64,000 nt of DNA, from NCBI GenBank assembly GCA_028278505.1, contig JANQEG010000074.1, positions 3,175 to 67,174 of the forward strand. The letters are read 5' to 3'. Under the pieces are notes generated by a model. The model was given only the letters and a program-made list of their open reading frames with translations, searched no databases and had not been told where the DNA came from. Below, piece after piece: positions 36,082 through 46,765 of this stretch. The DNA is from Rhodobiaceae bacterium. Lineage in GTDB: Bacteria > Pseudomonadota > Alphaproteobacteria > Rhizobiales > JAKPQE01. Each line of letters begins with the position of its first letter. Position 1 is the stretch's first letter. The position numbers and the translations under genes were made by a program.

Positions 36082-36351
36082 ATGGCACACAAGAAAGCAG
36101 GCGGTTCGTCCCGTAACGGTCGCGACACCGCCGGCCGCCGCCTCGGCATCAAGAAATCGGGTGGCCAGGCGGTCATCGCCGGCAACATCATCGCCCGCCA
36201 GCGCGGCACCAAATGGCATCCGGGCGAGAACGTCGGTATCGGCAAGGATCACACGCTTTTTGCGCTTATCGACGGCAATGTGGCGTTCCGCACCAAGGCG
36301 AACGGCCGTACCTACGTCTCGGTGATGCCGACGGCAGGTACGCCCGACTAG
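36082..36351 (+). CDS. rpmA: 50S ribosomal protein L27
   Basis: [24 protein letters not shown]... canonical. Confidence 0.95.
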   Translation: MAHKKAGGSSRNGRDTAGRRLGIKKSGGQAVIAGNIIARQRGTKWHPGENVGIGKDHTLFALIDGNVAFRTKANGRTYVSVMPTAGTPD

Positions 36352-36413
36352 CGCCGGCCTATCCGCCGGCGTCCTGGTTGACCCGGCGGAGCGAAAACCT
36401 CCGATCAGCAAAA

Positions 36414-36442
36414 GGGGAGACCGGACGCCGGCTCCCCTTTTT
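36414..36442 (+). terminator. rho-independent terminator after rpmA
   Basis: ggggagaccgg-acg-ccggctcccc followed by TTTTT. Confidence 0.7.
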
Positions 36443-36462
36443 CGTTGCATCGGAGAAATAAA

Positions 36463-37056
36463 ATGTCGGATCAGACCGAATGCGAAGCCGAAAGGGCCGG
36501 ACGCGCATCGGCCATCGTTCTCGCCTCCGAACGGCTTGAGTTGCGTTCGCCGCGGATCGCCGATGCTGCCGCGATCGCCGAGCGCCTTGCCGACCGCCGC
36601 ATCGCCGAGATGGCCGCGACCATCCCCTATCCCTACAGGCTGGCCGATGCGCATGCCTTCATCGAGAAGGTCGCGGATGACGGCCCGGACGCCGCCACCT
36701 TTCTCGCCTTCTCCGCTGACGGCGCCCTTGTCGGCTGCTGCGGCTTTCGGGGCGAAGAGAACGGCGAGACCCATATCGGCTATTGGGTCGGCGTGCCGTT
36801 CTGGGCTCGCGGCTTTGCCACCGAAATGGCGCGCGCGGTCATCGACCACGGCTTTGCGGTCACCGACAATGCGCGGCTCTGGGGCAATTGTCGGATCGTC
36901 AATCCGGCCTCGCGCCGGGTGCTCGAAAAGTGCGGGTTTCAGTATCGCGGCGAGACCATGCGTCCTTCGCTCGGCGCCGGCGGCGTGGTCGCGGTCGCCC
37001 GCTTCGTCCTGGAGCGGTCGATCTGGACCGGGCTGAAGGCGTGGCGCGATGATTGA
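36463..37056 (+). CDS. GNAT family N-acetyltransferase
   Basis: RimJ/RimL-like: LELRSPRIADA...IGYWVGVPFWARGFATEMARAVIDHGF. ATG 36463 follows ggagaaataaa. Confidence 0.7.
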   Translation: MSDQTECEAERAGRASAIVLASERLELRSPRIADAAAIAERLADRRIAEMAATIPYPYRLADAHAFIEKVADDGPDAATFLAFSADGALVGCCGFRGEENGETHIGYWVGVPFWARGFATEMARAVIDHGFAVTDNARLWGNCRIVNPASRRVLEKCGFQYRGETMRPSLGAGGVVAVARFVLERSIWTGLKAWRDD

Positions 37057-37066
37057 GGAAACGGCG

Positions 37067-37723
37067 TCAGTCGGCGGATTTCGTTGCGGCCGGGCGCAAG
37101 GGCGCGCGGGCGAAGAATCCGGTGAGCGCCGTCGCGCCGTCCTCCTCGACGATCAGACGGCCGTGCAGGGCGGCGCAGGCTTCGCCGCCGTCCGGCCAAA
37201 ACGCGGCGGCCCGGAACACCCGGCTTTCTCCCGCAGCGAGCGGCGCCTGCGGCGAGGTGATCGTGCAGGCATGGGCTTGCACGCAATCGGCCGGCACGTC
37301 GAGCCCGACCGGCAGCCAGCCGAACCGTTTCAGCGCCGTCGCGCATCCTTCGGCGGCCGTCGGCAGCGCGTGCAGGATGAGGCGGAAGCCGTCGAGATCG
37401 CCGCCGCTGCGATTGTCGACCTCGACCGCGATCTCGGTCAGCCCGGCCTCGGCATTGCCGTCAAGCTGCAGCCGCCAGACGACGCCGTTGCGGAAGGCGT
37501 GATCGATGACCACCGGCTCGCGGCCGGCGACGAGGCGAGCGGTGACGAGGAGGTCGCGCTCGCGCGGATCGAGCGATTGCGTATAGGCTTCGCCGCCATC
37601 GGGCATCGGCGCGGCCTCGCCGTCTCCCGCGCGCCCGGGCGTCGACGCCGCCGCCATGACCACGATGACCGCGGCGCAAAAGCCGCCGACAGCGAGCGGC
37701 AACCGGACTCCGGTACGGGACAT
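37067..37723 (-). CDS. exported hypothetical protein
   Basis: Internal ATG gives MSRTGVRLPLAVGGFCAAVIVVMAAAS, a signal-like N-terminus. No recognised domain. Confidence 0.45.
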   Translation of the reverse strand: MSRTGVRLPLAVGGFCAAVIVVMAAASTPGRAGDGEAAPMPDGGEAYTQSLDPRERDLLVTARLVAGREPVVIDHAFRNGVVWRLQLDGNAEAGLTEIAVEVDNRSGGDLDGFRLILHALPTAAEGCATALKRFGWLPVGLDVPADCVQAHACTITSPQAPLAAGESRVFRAAAFWPDGGEACAALHGRLIVEEDGATALTGFFARAPLRPAATKSAD

Positions 37724-37900
37724 CTGCGCGGTGATCCTTTCTGCCGCCGGGGCGTGCGCGGGGCGGCGCCGCAGACTCGGTCTCCCGCTCCCCGGCGTCA
37801 AGCAAAACCTTGGGCAAAGAGGCGAATGGCCGCTGGATGCGGCGGCGGCGGTAGGCGCGCGACCCTTTCAAATCGTCCAAGTACAGGATATTGAGGCGTC

Positions 37901-38944
37901 ATGAAATTCCTCGATCAGGCAAAGGTCTATGTCCGTTCCGGCAATGGCGGTGCCGGCTGCGTCTCGTTTCGCCGCGAGAAATATGTCGAGTTCGGCGGGC
38001 CGGACGGCGGCGATGGCGGCCGCGGCGGCCATGTCTGGGCCGAATGCGTCGACGGGCTGAACACGCTGATCGACTATCGCTACCAGCAGCATTTCAAGGC
38101 CGGCACCGGCGGCCACGGCAAGGGCCAGAACCGCAGCGGCGGCAGCGGCGCCGACATGGTGCTGAAGGTGCCGGTCGGCACCCAGATCTATGACGAAGAC
38201 GGCGAGACGCTGATCGCGGATTTCACCGAGGTCGGCGCCCGGATCAGGCTTGTCCGCGGCGGCAATGGCGGCTTCGGCAACGCCCATTTCAAATCCTCGA
38301 CCAACCAGGCGCCGCGCCGGGCCAATCCCGGTGCGCCGGGCGAGGAGCGCTGGCTGTGGCTGCGACTGAAGCTGATCGCCGATGCCGGCCTCGTCGGCCT
38401 GCCCAATGCCGGCAAATCGACCTTCCTTGCCGCGGTGAGTGCGGCGAAACCGAAGATCGCCGACTATCCCTTCACCACGCTTCACCCCAATCTCGGCGTC
38501 GTCCGCCTCGATGATCGCGAATTCGTGCTCGCCGACATTCCCGGGCTGATTGAAGGCGCCCATGTGGGCGTCGGCATCGGCGACCGCTTCCTCGGCCATG
38601 TGGAACGGTGTCGGGTGCTGCTGCATCTGGTCGACAGCAGCCATGAGGATGTCGCCGCCGCCTATCGCACCGTGCGCGGCGAGCTCGCCGCCTACGGCCA
38701 TGGACTGGAGGACAAGCCGGAAATCGTCGCGCTCGCCAAGGCCGATTTGCTTGACGAGGCGGCACGCAAGGAGAAGCGCGCGGCGCTGGAGGCGGAAGCC
38801 GGCCACACTGTGCTGGTGGTCTCCGCGGCCACCGGCGACGGTGTGCGCCCGGCGCTCGGTGCGCTTCTCCGCGCTATTGACGACGTCACTGCTGCGGCCG
38901 AAAACGCCTATCCAGCCGAGGAAAAGGTCTGGACGCCATGGTGA
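37901..38944 (+). CDS. obgE: GTPase Obg/CgtA
   Basis: [28 protein letters not shown] and G-domain GLPNAGKST. Confidence 0.95.
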   Translation: MKFLDQAKVYVRSGNGGAGCVSFRREKYVEFGGPDGGDGGRGGHVWAECVDGLNTLIDYRYQQHFKAGTGGHGKGQNRSGGSGADMVLKVPVGTQIYDEDGETLIADFTEVGARIRLVRGGNGGFGNAHFKSSTNQAPRRANPGAPGEERWLWLRLKLIADAGLVGLPNAGKSTFLAAVSAAKPKIADYPFTTLHPNLGVVRLDDREFVLADIPGLIEGAHVGVGIGDRFLGHVERCRVLLHLVDSSHEDVAAAYRTVRGELAAYGHGLEDKPEIVALAKADLLDEAARKEKRAALEAEAGHTVLVVSAATGDGVRPALGALLRAIDDVTAAAENAYPAEEKVWTPW

Positions 38945-40068
38945 AGCGCCGGCTCAATTCCTATCGCCGTATCATCGTCAAGATCGGCTCGTCGCTGCTC
39001 GTCGACGCCGCCAAGGGGATGCTGCGGCGGACCTGGCTTGAAAGCCTCTCCGACGATGTCGCCGAACTGCGCGAGCACGGCAATGAAGTCGTGCTCGTCT
39101 CGTCGGGCGCGATCGCGCTCGGCCGCTCGGTGCTCGGGCTGAAACGCAACGCACTGAAGTTGGAGGAGGCGCAAGCCGCCGCCGCCGTCGGCCAGATCGC
39201 GCTCGCCCGGGCCTATACCGAAAGCCTGAAAGCGCGCGGCATCGATGCCGGCCAGATCCTGCTGATCCCGGCCGACACCGAGGAGCGACGGCGTTATCTG
39301 AACGCCCGCGCGACGATCGGCACGCTGCTGCAGTTCGGCGCCGTTCCCGTCGTCAACGAGAACGACACGGTGGCGACCGCCGAAATCCGCTATGGCGACA
39401 ACGACCGGCTGGCGGCCCGAGTCGCCTCGATGATGGGAGCGGACCTGCTGGTGCTGCTGTCCGATGTCGACGGGTTTTATACGGCGCCGCCCGACGAGAA
39501 CCCGGATGCGGAATTCCTACCCGTCGTCGACAAGATCACGCCGGCGGTGGAGGCAATGGCGGGTTCGGCCGGCTCGGACCTTTCGCGCGGCGGCATGAAG
39601 ACCAAAATCGAGGCCGCCAAGATCGCCACCGCCGGCGGCACCTCCATGGTGATCGCGTCCGGCAAGGTGCTGCACCCGCTGGCGGCGATCTCCCATGGCG
39701 GCCGCGCCACCTGGTTCCCGGCCGCCGCCTCGCCGGTGACGGCGCGCAAGAAGTGGATTTCCGGCACGCTGAAGCCGCGCGGCGCGGTGCGCATCGATGC
39801 CGGTGCGATCAAAGCGCTGCGCGCGGGCAAGAGCCTGCTTTCGGCCGGCATGCGCTCGGTCGAGGGCGGCTTTTCCCGCGGCGATGCGGTTGCTATCCTG
39901 GACGAGGACGGCCGCGAGGTCGGCCGTGGGCTGATCGAATACGACTTCGCGGAGGCAAAGCTGATCGTCGGCCGCAACAGCCGCGAGATCGAAAATTTGC
40001 TCGGCTATCCGGGTCGGGCCGAGGTCATCCATCGCGACGACATGGCGTTGTCGATCGCCGAGGAGTGA
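38938..40068 (+). CDS. proB: glutamate 5-kinase
   Basis: IVKIGSSLL...VLVSSGA...NENDTV... plus a C-terminal PUA domain. Overlaps the obg stop. Confidence 0.9.
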   Translation: MVKRRLNSYRRIIVKIGSSLLVDAAKGMLRRTWLESLSDDVAELREHGNEVVLVSSGAIALGRSVLGLKRNALKLEEAQAAAAVGQIALARAYTESLKARGIDAGQILLIPADTEERRRYLNARATIGTLLQFGAVPVVNENDTVATAEIRYGDNDRLAARVASMMGADLLVLLSDVDGFYTAPPDENPDAEFLPVVDKITPAVEAMAGSAGSDLSRGGMKTKIEAAKIATAGGTSMVIASGKVLHPLAAISHGGRATWFPAAASPVTARKKWISGTLKPRGAVRIDAGAIKALRAGKSLLSAGMRSVEGGFSRGDAVAILDEDGREVGRGLIEYDFAEAKLIVGRNSREIENLLGYPGRAEVIHRDDMALSIAEE

Positions 40069-40073
40069 AAAAC

Positions 40074-41363
40074 ATGTCGAGCGAGGCGAAAGCCGAAACC
40101 GAAATCTCGATCGAGGCCGAAATGCACGAGATCGGCCGCCGCGCCCGCGCCGCCGCGCGGCGGCTTTCGATCGCGACGACCGCGGAGAAGAACGCCGCGC
40201 TGATGGCGATGGCGAACAATATCCGCTGCTCGGCCGCCTCGATTCTGGCCGCCAACGCGCTCGATGTCGCCGACGCCAAGGCCGGCGGCATGACTTCCGC
40301 CTTTGTCGACCGGCTGACGCTGACGCCGGAGCGGATCGAGGCGATGGCCAGGGCGGTCGAGGAGATCGCCGCGCTCGACGATCCGGTCGGCACGGTGATC
40401 GCCGCCTGGGAGCGGCCGAACGGCCTTCAGATCGAACGGGTGCGGACGCCGCTCGGCGTTGTCGGCATCATCTATGAAAGCCGGCCGAACGTCACCGCGG
40501 ACGCCGGCGCGCTTGCGCTCAAGGCCGGCAATGCGGCGATATTGCGCGGCGGCTCGGATTCGTTCCGCTCGGCAGGGGCGATCCATGCCTGCCTCGTCCG
40601 CGGCCTCGCTGAAGCAAAGCTGCCGGAGGCGGCGATCCAAAGGGTGCCGACACGCGACCGCGCCGCCGTCGGGACGATGCTTGCCGGGCTCGACGGGGCG
40701 GTCGACGTGATCGTACCGCGCGGCGGCAAGAGCCTGGTCGGCCGCGTCCAGACGGAGGCGCGGGTGCCGGTGTTCGCCCATCTGGAAGGCGTCTGCCACG
40801 TCTATGTGCACGGCCCCGCCGATCTCGACATGGCGCGCGATGTCACGGTCAACGCCAAGATGCGCCGGACCGGCATTTGCGGCGCCGCCGAGACCCTGCT
40901 CGTCGACCGGGCGATCGCGGCAACCCATCTGCGCCCGCTCATCGAAGCGCTGCAAGGCGCCGGCTGCGCCGTCCGCGGCGATGAAGAGGCCGTTGCCGCA
41001 GCCGACGGTGTCGCGCCCGCCTCCGCCGAAGACTGGCCGAAGGAATATCTCGACGCCATCATCGCGGTGAAAGTGGTCGACGGTCTCGATGACGCGATCG
41101 CGCACATCGAGGCTCATGGCTCGCACCACACCGAGGCGATTGTCACCGAGGATGCGGAGGCCGCCGAGCGGTTCATGGCCGAAGTCGACAGCGCGATCGT
41201 GCTCCACAACGCCTCGACCCAGTTCGCCGATGGCGGCGAGTTCGGCATGGGCGCCGAGATCGGCATTGCTACCGGCCGCATGCACGCCCGCGGGCCGGTC
41301 GGCGTGGAGCAGTTGACGAGCTTTAAATACCGGGTCCGCGGCGCCGGCCAGACACGTCCGTGA
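40074..41363 (+). CDS. proA: glutamate-5-semialdehyde dehydrogenase
   Basis: [14 protein letters not shown] and [10 protein letters not shown].. motifs. ATG 40074. Confidence 0.9.
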   Translation: MSSEAKAETEISIEAEMHEIGRRARAAARRLSIATTAEKNAALMAMANNIRCSAASILAANALDVADAKAGGMTSAFVDRLTLTPERIEAMARAVEEIAALDDPVGTVIAAWERPNGLQIERVRTPLGVVGIIYESRPNVTADAGALALKAGNAAILRGGSDSFRSAGAIHACLVRGLAEAKLPEAAIQRVPTRDRAAVGTMLAGLDGAVDVIVPRGGKSLVGRVQTEARVPVFAHLEGVCHVYVHGPADLDMARDVTVNAKMRRTGICGAAETLLVDRAIAATHLRPLIEALQGAGCAVRGDEEAVAAADGVAPASAEDWPKEYLDAIIAVKVVDGLDDAIAHIEAHGSHHTEAIVTEDAEAAERFMAEVDSAIVLHNASTQFADGGEFGMGAEIGIATGRMHARGPVGVEQLTSFKYRVRGAGQTRP

Positions 41364-41989
41364 ACGTTTCCAATCGGTTCGGTCCGCTGGTGCCGGAAAT
41401 GCGGCCGCCGCCGGCCTATCCGGGCATGCGGATCGGCCTTCTCGGTGGTTCGTTCAATCCGGCCCATGCCGGCCATCTGCATATTTCCCGGATCGCGCTC
41501 GCCCGCGCCGGCCTCGATCGCATCTGGTGGCTGGTGACGCCGGGCAATCCGTTGAAGGACCGCAGCGAACTCGCCAAGCTCGATCAGCGTATTACCGGCG
41601 CGCGGGCCGTCGCCGCCGATCCGCGCATCGTTGTGACGGCGTTCGAGGCCGCGATCGGCACGCGGTTCAGCGCCGACACGATCGATTTTCTCACCCGCCG
41701 CTACCCGCAAGTCCGGTTCGTCTGGATCATGGGCGCCGACAATCTCCTCGATTTCCACCGCTGGAACCGCTGGCGCCGGATCGCCGCGCTCGTGCCGATA
41801 CTGGTGATCGACCGGCCGGGCGCCGGCCTCGCCGCGCTGAAGGCGCCGGCGGCGGCGGCGCTTCGGGCCTGGCGCATCAGCGAGCACGATGCCGGGCTGA
41901 TCGCCGATCTTCAGCCGCCGGCCTGGGCGCTCGTCCACGGCCCCCGCTCGCCGCTGTCGTCGACCGCGATCCGGGCGGTTTCGGCGTGA
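41360..41989 (+). CDS. nadD: nicotinate-nucleotide adenylyltransferase
   Basis: [17 protein letters not shown] motif. GTG start overlaps the proA stop. Confidence 0.85.
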   Translation: MNVSNRFGPLVPEMRPPPAYPGMRIGLLGGSFNPAHAGHLHISRIALARAGLDRIWWLVTPGNPLKDRSELAKLDQRITGARAVAADPRIVVTAFEAAIGTRFSADTIDFLTRRYPQVRFVWIMGADNLLDFHRWNRWRRIAALVPILVIDRPGAGLAALKAPAAAALRAWRISEHDAGLIADLQPPAWALVHGPRSPLSSTAIRAVSA

Positions 41990-42184
41990 TTCGGGACGTG
42001 CCAACGCGCACGAGCAGTGGCGCCTTTGAATTTGCCCCGGAAACCCGCGGGTGCGCTACGTCTTGAAAACGACATCAAAAAGCACCTATGTTAGACATGT
42101 CTAAGGGAATAATCGTACCGGCACCGGGCGCGCCCGGCCTGCCGCTGACGATGGAGCTTATGGCGAGAGGAACTTCCCCTGACA

Positions 42185-42595
42185 GTGACACCTGATATCG
42201 AGGGCACGGCTCGCCGTGCGCCTCAGCGCGTCGCTGGCGACAGCACGGCCGGCGCGGCGGAAACGCTGAACACCGTCCTCACGAGCCTGGACGACTCTAA
42301 GGCCGAGGACATCGTCACAATCGATCTGGCGGGCAAATCCCTGATCGGCGACTACATGGTCGTGGCGTCGGGGCGGTCGCACCGTCATGTCGGCGCGGTC
42401 GCCGAGCGGCTGTTGCGGGCGCTCAAGGATGCCGGCCTCGGCTCGGCCAAGGTCGAGGGCCTGCCCCATTGCGACTGGGTGCTGATCGACACCGGCGACG
42501 TGATCGTCCACATCTTCCAGCCGGAAGTGCGCAGCTTCTACAATCTGGAGAAGATGTGGTCGATGGCCAACGCGACCGACCGCGCCCGCGCCTGA
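42185..42595 (+). CDS. rsfS: ribosome silencing factor RsfS
   Basis: LDDSKAEDIVTIDLAGKSLIGDYMVVASGRSHRHVGAVAE. GTG start. Confidence 0.85.
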   Translation: MTPDIEGTARRAPQRVAGDSTAGAAETLNTVLTSLDDSKAEDIVTIDLAGKSLIGDYMVVASGRSHRHVGAVAERLLRALKDAGLGSAKVEGLPHCDWVLIDTGDVIVHIFQPEVRSFYNLEKMWSMANATDRARA

Positions 42596-42604
42596 CGTCG
42601 TCCC

Positions 42605-43090
42605 ATGCGGGTGACGATTGCCGCAATCGGCCGGATGAAGGCCGGGCCCGAGCGCGCCCTGCTTGAGCGCTATCTCGACCGGGCCGGCAAGACCGGACGC
42701 GCAATTGGTCTGGGCCCCGTCGACATGTCCGAATTCGCCGAAGGGCGGGGCGAAACCGCGGAACTGCGGCGCAGCGCCGAAGCCGCGGCATTGACGCCGG
42801 TGCTTGCCGGCTGCGACCGCCTCATTGCCCTCGACGAGCGCGGCTCTTCCCTTTCCAGCACGGATTTCGCTACTCGCCTCGGCGCCTGGCGCGATGCCGG
42901 CAGCCGCCGGCTCGGCATCGTCATCGGCGGCGCCGACGGGCTCGATCCGGCTTTGCGCGACCGCGCCGATCTGGTGCTCGCTTTCGGCGCCATGACCTGG
43001 CCGCACCAGCTTGCCCGGCTGATGCTGGCCGAACAGCTTTACCGCGCGGCGACGATCCTGGCCGGCCACCCCTATCACCGGGAGGGGTAG
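42605..43090 (+). CDS. rlmH: 23S rRNA (pseudouridine1915-N3)-methyltransferase RlmH
   Basis: SPOUT family, with C-terminal TWPHQLARLMLAEQLYRA. Confidence 0.85.
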   Translation: MRVTIAAIGRMKAGPERALLERYLDRAGKTGRAIGLGPVDMSEFAEGRGETAELRRSAEAAALTPVLAGCDRLIALDERGSSLSSTDFATRLGAWRDAGSRRLGIVIGGADGLDPALRDRADLVLAFGAMTWPHQLARLMLAEQLYRAATILAGHPYHREG

Positions 43091-43218
43091 GGAATCGGCC
43101 TATCCATGTCGCCAGTATTTTCGCGGAACACATTCAGGCGCTTCCGCACATTGAAGGGGTGTTGAAATGCCTATATGCCTACCAACCCGCACCTTCCCCG
43201 CGAAAGCGCTAGAGCGTG

Positions 43219-43614
43219 TCACCTGTTTATGAATTCATAGCCAGAGGCCTTGAAATAGTTCCGGCATTCGTTTGGTGAGAAGAGGTCGCAGATCTGTCCG
43301 ATTGCCTTCCACACCTCGTCGAAGGTTCTTGCCGCGGCTTTTCTCAAATGCGCCTTGAGTTTGGCGAACGCCATTTCGATCGGGTTCAGATCAGGCGAAT
43401 AGGGCGGCAAAAACAGGAACCAGGCACCGACCTCCTTGAGGATTTGCGCCGCCTTGTCGCTTTTGTGTGACGACAGATTGTCGAGAATGACCACGTCACC
43501 CTTGTTGAGTGTCGGCGCCAGTTGGGTCTCGACATAGGTCTCAAAGGTTGCCCGGTAGAGGTTGGCGGGTTTTGTCATGGGGTGATCAACTGGACAGCAT
43601 GATCGGGCGACCAT
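43219..43614 (-). pseudogene. IS630-family transposase, C-terminal (DDE_3) fragment only
   Basis: [11 protein letters not shown]...[25 protein letters not shown]. The N-terminal DNA-binding half is absent. Lower GC. Its outer end truncates a host repeat at about 43208. Confidence 0.8.
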
Positions 43615-43659
43615 AAACTGCAGTCAGCGACTACCGGTTAAGGGGGGTGCGGGCCGCTA

Positions 43660-44352
43660 TTGGGGGAAGCATACCATTACCTAATCGGCACGTTGGTAAG
43701 CGTCGCGGCAGCCGTGGCATTCCTTGTGTTCATGCCACGAGAACGATGCTCTATGGCTTGGAGCGCGGTACTGCTGATACCATTCCTCATTATCCATGCA
43801 CCATTGTCTCAAGGCGCCTACTGGTCGCCGAAACGGGTCTTTGGCGGGGCCTTCGGCATCGAAGATGCCCTGTTCTGTCTCAGCTTTGGGGTGCTTGGCT
43901 GGGGCTTCGCAGCACTCTACAACCGCCATTTGCCGCAATTGGCGCCATTGAATCTGCGATTTGGTGGACGGGTATTGGCTGTCGGGCTCTTTGGCGGAGC
44001 AGTATTTGTAATCCTCGCGGCATTGGGGCTTTCGTTTGGAGTCAGCGCGTTTGTTTGTCAGTTCGCAGTTGCAGCGGTGCTTGTCGCGTTTCGTCCGCAC
44101 CGAGCCGCGCTAGCTGCCGTGACAAGCATAGCACTAACAATCTACTATATCGCCGGCCTTGGGCTGATGGTCATGTATTTCGGTGAGGAATATGCGATGA
44201 TGTGGTCGCGTGACGGAATACTTGGGCCGCTGATTTTTGGCATTCCAGTCGAAGAATATCTCTGGACAACCAGCTTTGGTGCCGCTTGGGTGCCGACGCT
44301 CCTGTTCGCCGCCGAGCCAATACAAAACAGCATATCTGAGAAGCCGGCATGA
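43660..44352 (+). CDS. lycopene-cyclase-domain-like integral membrane protein (two repeats)
   Basis: About 6-7 TM segments with two (I/P)E(D/E)xL(F/W) motifs (GIEDALF and GIPVEEYLW), like the CrtYc/CrtYd PxEE motif. TTG start is uncertain. ATGA overlap with the next gene. Confidence 0.45.
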   Translation: MGEAYHYLIGTLVSVAAAVAFLVFMPRERCSMAWSAVLLIPFLIIHAPLSQGAYWSPKRVFGGAFGIEDALFCLSFGVLGWGFAALYNRHLPQLAPLNLRFGGRVLAVGLFGGAVFVILAALGLSFGVSAFVCQFAVAAVLVAFRPHRAALAAVTSIALTIYYIAGLGLMVMYFGEEYAMMWSRDGILGPLIFGIPVEEYLWTTSFGAAWVPTLLFAAEPIQNSISEKPA

Positions 44353-45522
44353 CGGCGCTGCGCTTCCAGACGACAATTCCTGATTTGGCGCCGCATGATG
44401 ATTGCGATTTGGAATGGTGGTTTGTGCAAGGATGTGTATCTGCACAGGGCCGGGCCAAGCTGCATCTCATGGCGGCTCTGTTCGTGGTGCGCGGTTTCGA
44501 TGCAGCCGGCCCACCCGGAGCGATGCTCATACAGCATGTTATGGACGAGGCCACGGGAAGCTTCTGGGTCGACAGTCGACTAACCCCGACTGCCGTTGCG
44601 CATCATAATCGAATTGCCGAATTGGTTGCCGCTGGCCATTTTCGACCCGCGTTGAGAGGCCTAGCACTATGGCGGCACCGCAAGGACATGCTGGCTTGGG
44701 CAGACAACGCCGGTGTGATCATAGATGCCAGCGAGCCAGAATTCAGCATCTATCCATTCTGCGTTGCATGGAATGGCTTTGGACTGGCGAGGGATGGCCA
44801 GGAATTACATTTGCGACTTGCGCTTGGTCATGAAAACGGAACACTACGATTGACGCTGAAGGCAGAGACGCCCTGGTTGGACGAAAAGAGCACTCGCCTG
44901 AATGCTGGTTTCGGAGACTGTTTTGCTTATCAGTGCTGCCCGCAGATGATTGGACGGGGCGAGCTAAACGGCACAGCGATCGACGGTAGCTTCTGGATTG
45001 ACCGGCAATGGGGAGGCTACAACGGCTGGCTTCTCGATCACTCCGAGACGAGTTGCCGGGTACTCGGTTGGGACTGGTTTGGACTTAATCTCAATGACGG
45101 ACGCGACATGCTGGTGCTTCGCCATCGGCCGCTCGGAAAGCGGGATCGCCAGAAGAGTTTTGCGGTTCTATTCGACAGTGAAGCACCCAGGCTTGTCGAA
45201 AATCCGGAGATCAGACCGCTGCACCATTGGACAAGCCCGAAGTCTGGCGCTCGTTATCCGATAAGTTGGCGGTTAGCCCTTCCCAGACCTCGATTTTTCG
45301 GCTGAGGTCGCGCCGCTGGTGCTTGATCAGGAGATCCCGATCTTTGGCACAACCGCAATCTGGGAGGGTGCAGCCTTCGTAAAAGCCGAGCAATTTGGAC
45401 AAACCATCAATGGACGCGCACGGATGGAATTGGTCGGATATGGGACTATATTGACAATTCGTCAGCACCTGCATCACAGCCTGCGTCGGTTCGGAGCCGG
45501 CTTGCCCCGATTTGGTCGCTAG
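44349..45522 (+). pseudogene. CrtC/AttH-like gene, split by a +1 frameshift
   Basis: ORF 44349-45305 (LEWWFVQGC, IDRQWGGYNGW, GWDWFGLNLNDG) continues in the +1 frame at 45277-45522 (DLDFSAEVAPLVLDQEIPIFGTTAIWEGA...ELVGYG). It is collinear with 135-1379. Confidence 0.7.
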
Positions 45523-45654
45523 AGTATCGGGCATGAAAATCGAATTGTGTGGGATTGAAGGAAGCCGCTCGCGCGGCATGGGGGTGTGGATCGCGGATTG
45601 GTGCCTGATCTGAGACGATGTTGCTTTGGCAACCTCAGATCAGGAGATCTTTCA

Positions 45655-45711
45655 ATGACCCGGATGAGCCCTTTACGCGCCCGCATGATCGAAGACATGA
45701 CGATCCGCTGA
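45655..45711 (+). pseudogene. 18-codon remnant of a tyrosine recombinase/integrase N-terminus
   Basis: MTRMSPLRARMIEDMTIR* resembles the conserved M..LRQRMIEDM.(I/V)RN start of a widespread integrase family. Preceded by an 11-bp inverted repeat, cctgatctgag/ctcagatcagg (45604-45644). Confidence 0.35.
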
Positions 45712-45774
45712 ATGCCTGGTTCTGGCACTTTTTTCACATTTGCTTTGGGTCGCTTTTTGAACGGATTAATAAGA

Positions 45775-46226
45775 ATGCAATGTCTGCTTTCAAAGTTCTT
45801 TTGGCGCGTGTCGTGACCGACGCTGCGCCGTCCCGAACGGGTCCAGATGCGCCCCGACGCCAGCCCCAGACAGCCGCCGGTCTCCGCGTCCATCGCCAGC
45901 ATCGCATGCAGCACCAGGCCCCGGCCGACGCCCTTGCCGATCGCGCCCAGGCCGCGACGCCGTGGTGCGGAAGTTGAAATCGCTGCTGTCCTGGATCGCC
46001 AGAACATGACGACCCGCGCACACCACCGCGGTCCGCTCGCCCCAGCCCGCGATCAGACCGTCCACCGTGACCCGCGGGTTCGCCAGGAAACGGCCGAAGC
46101 GGACAATCTCGCGCCGACGCCCGCCCGCCAACCGCCGCAGGCACACGCTCTCGCGCGCGACCATGCGCTTGAGCAGCAGCGCGCCCCCTTTTCCAGGCGC
46201 CGGTCGCCAAACCGCCGAAGTTCCAT
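45775..46226 (-). pseudogene. IS4/Tn5-like transposase N-terminal fragment with frameshifts, 3-prime truncated
   Basis: Pieces lie in three frames: MELRRFGDRRLEKG..., MVARESVCLRRLAGGRRREIVRFGRFLANPRVT...VLAIQDSSDFNF, and GLGAIGKGVGRGLVLHAMLAMDAETGGCLGL..IWTR...ESRH. Similarity stops at about 45775, where GC drops. Confidence 0.65.
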
Positions 46227-46365
46227 CGCCGCTCCTCGCCGATCAACCGAACCGACGCAAGCGAATCACGACAACCGGCCAAAGGGAATCCCTTTCCCCC
46301 CCAATCCGAAAAGACCTGTGCATCCCCTGGCGTGAAAACGGGGAAGGTGCAGATTTGTGCTCTGG

Positions 46366-46422
46366 CGCCAACAACACCCACCGTCCCCGCCAAAGCGGAT
46401 CCATTGCCCCGCTCAACACGGT
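46366..46422. repeat. mosaic module (reverse copy of 7507-7565)
   Basis: Its reverse complement reads accgtgttgagcggggcaatggatccgctttggcggggacggtgggtgttgttggcg. Confidence 0.7.
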
Positions 46423-46488
46423 ATGTCGCCGACTTTCGACGTTTTGACGCCGCATCACCCCCTCCGTCGTCACCGCCAACACCATCCC

Positions 46489-46591
46489 CGTCATTGCGAC
46501 CCCGGCGGAAGCCGGGGGAAGCAATCCAGGGCGGGACCTTCCTTCATGTGCAGGCTGGATCGCCACGGCCGCTTCGTGGCCTTGCGATGAC
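46489..46591. repeat. palindromic repeat, family C (copy 3)
   Basis: cgtcattgcgaccccggcggaagccgggggaagcaatccag...gctggatcgcc...cttgcgatgac. Confidence 0.8.
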
Positions 46592-46765
46592 ATCTTTCTT
46601 TGGTCCATCGCCTAAAGGTGAGGGATTTACGGATCCCTTATCGAGGACTTTCGGCCGAACAGCAGCGGGGCGGGCCTACCGACGGCAAGAGACACATCCA
46701 GCGGCGTCAACCTGAAAGCAAGGAATACTAAGCCGGGTAATAAATCGGAGTTGCGCGACCGAATC

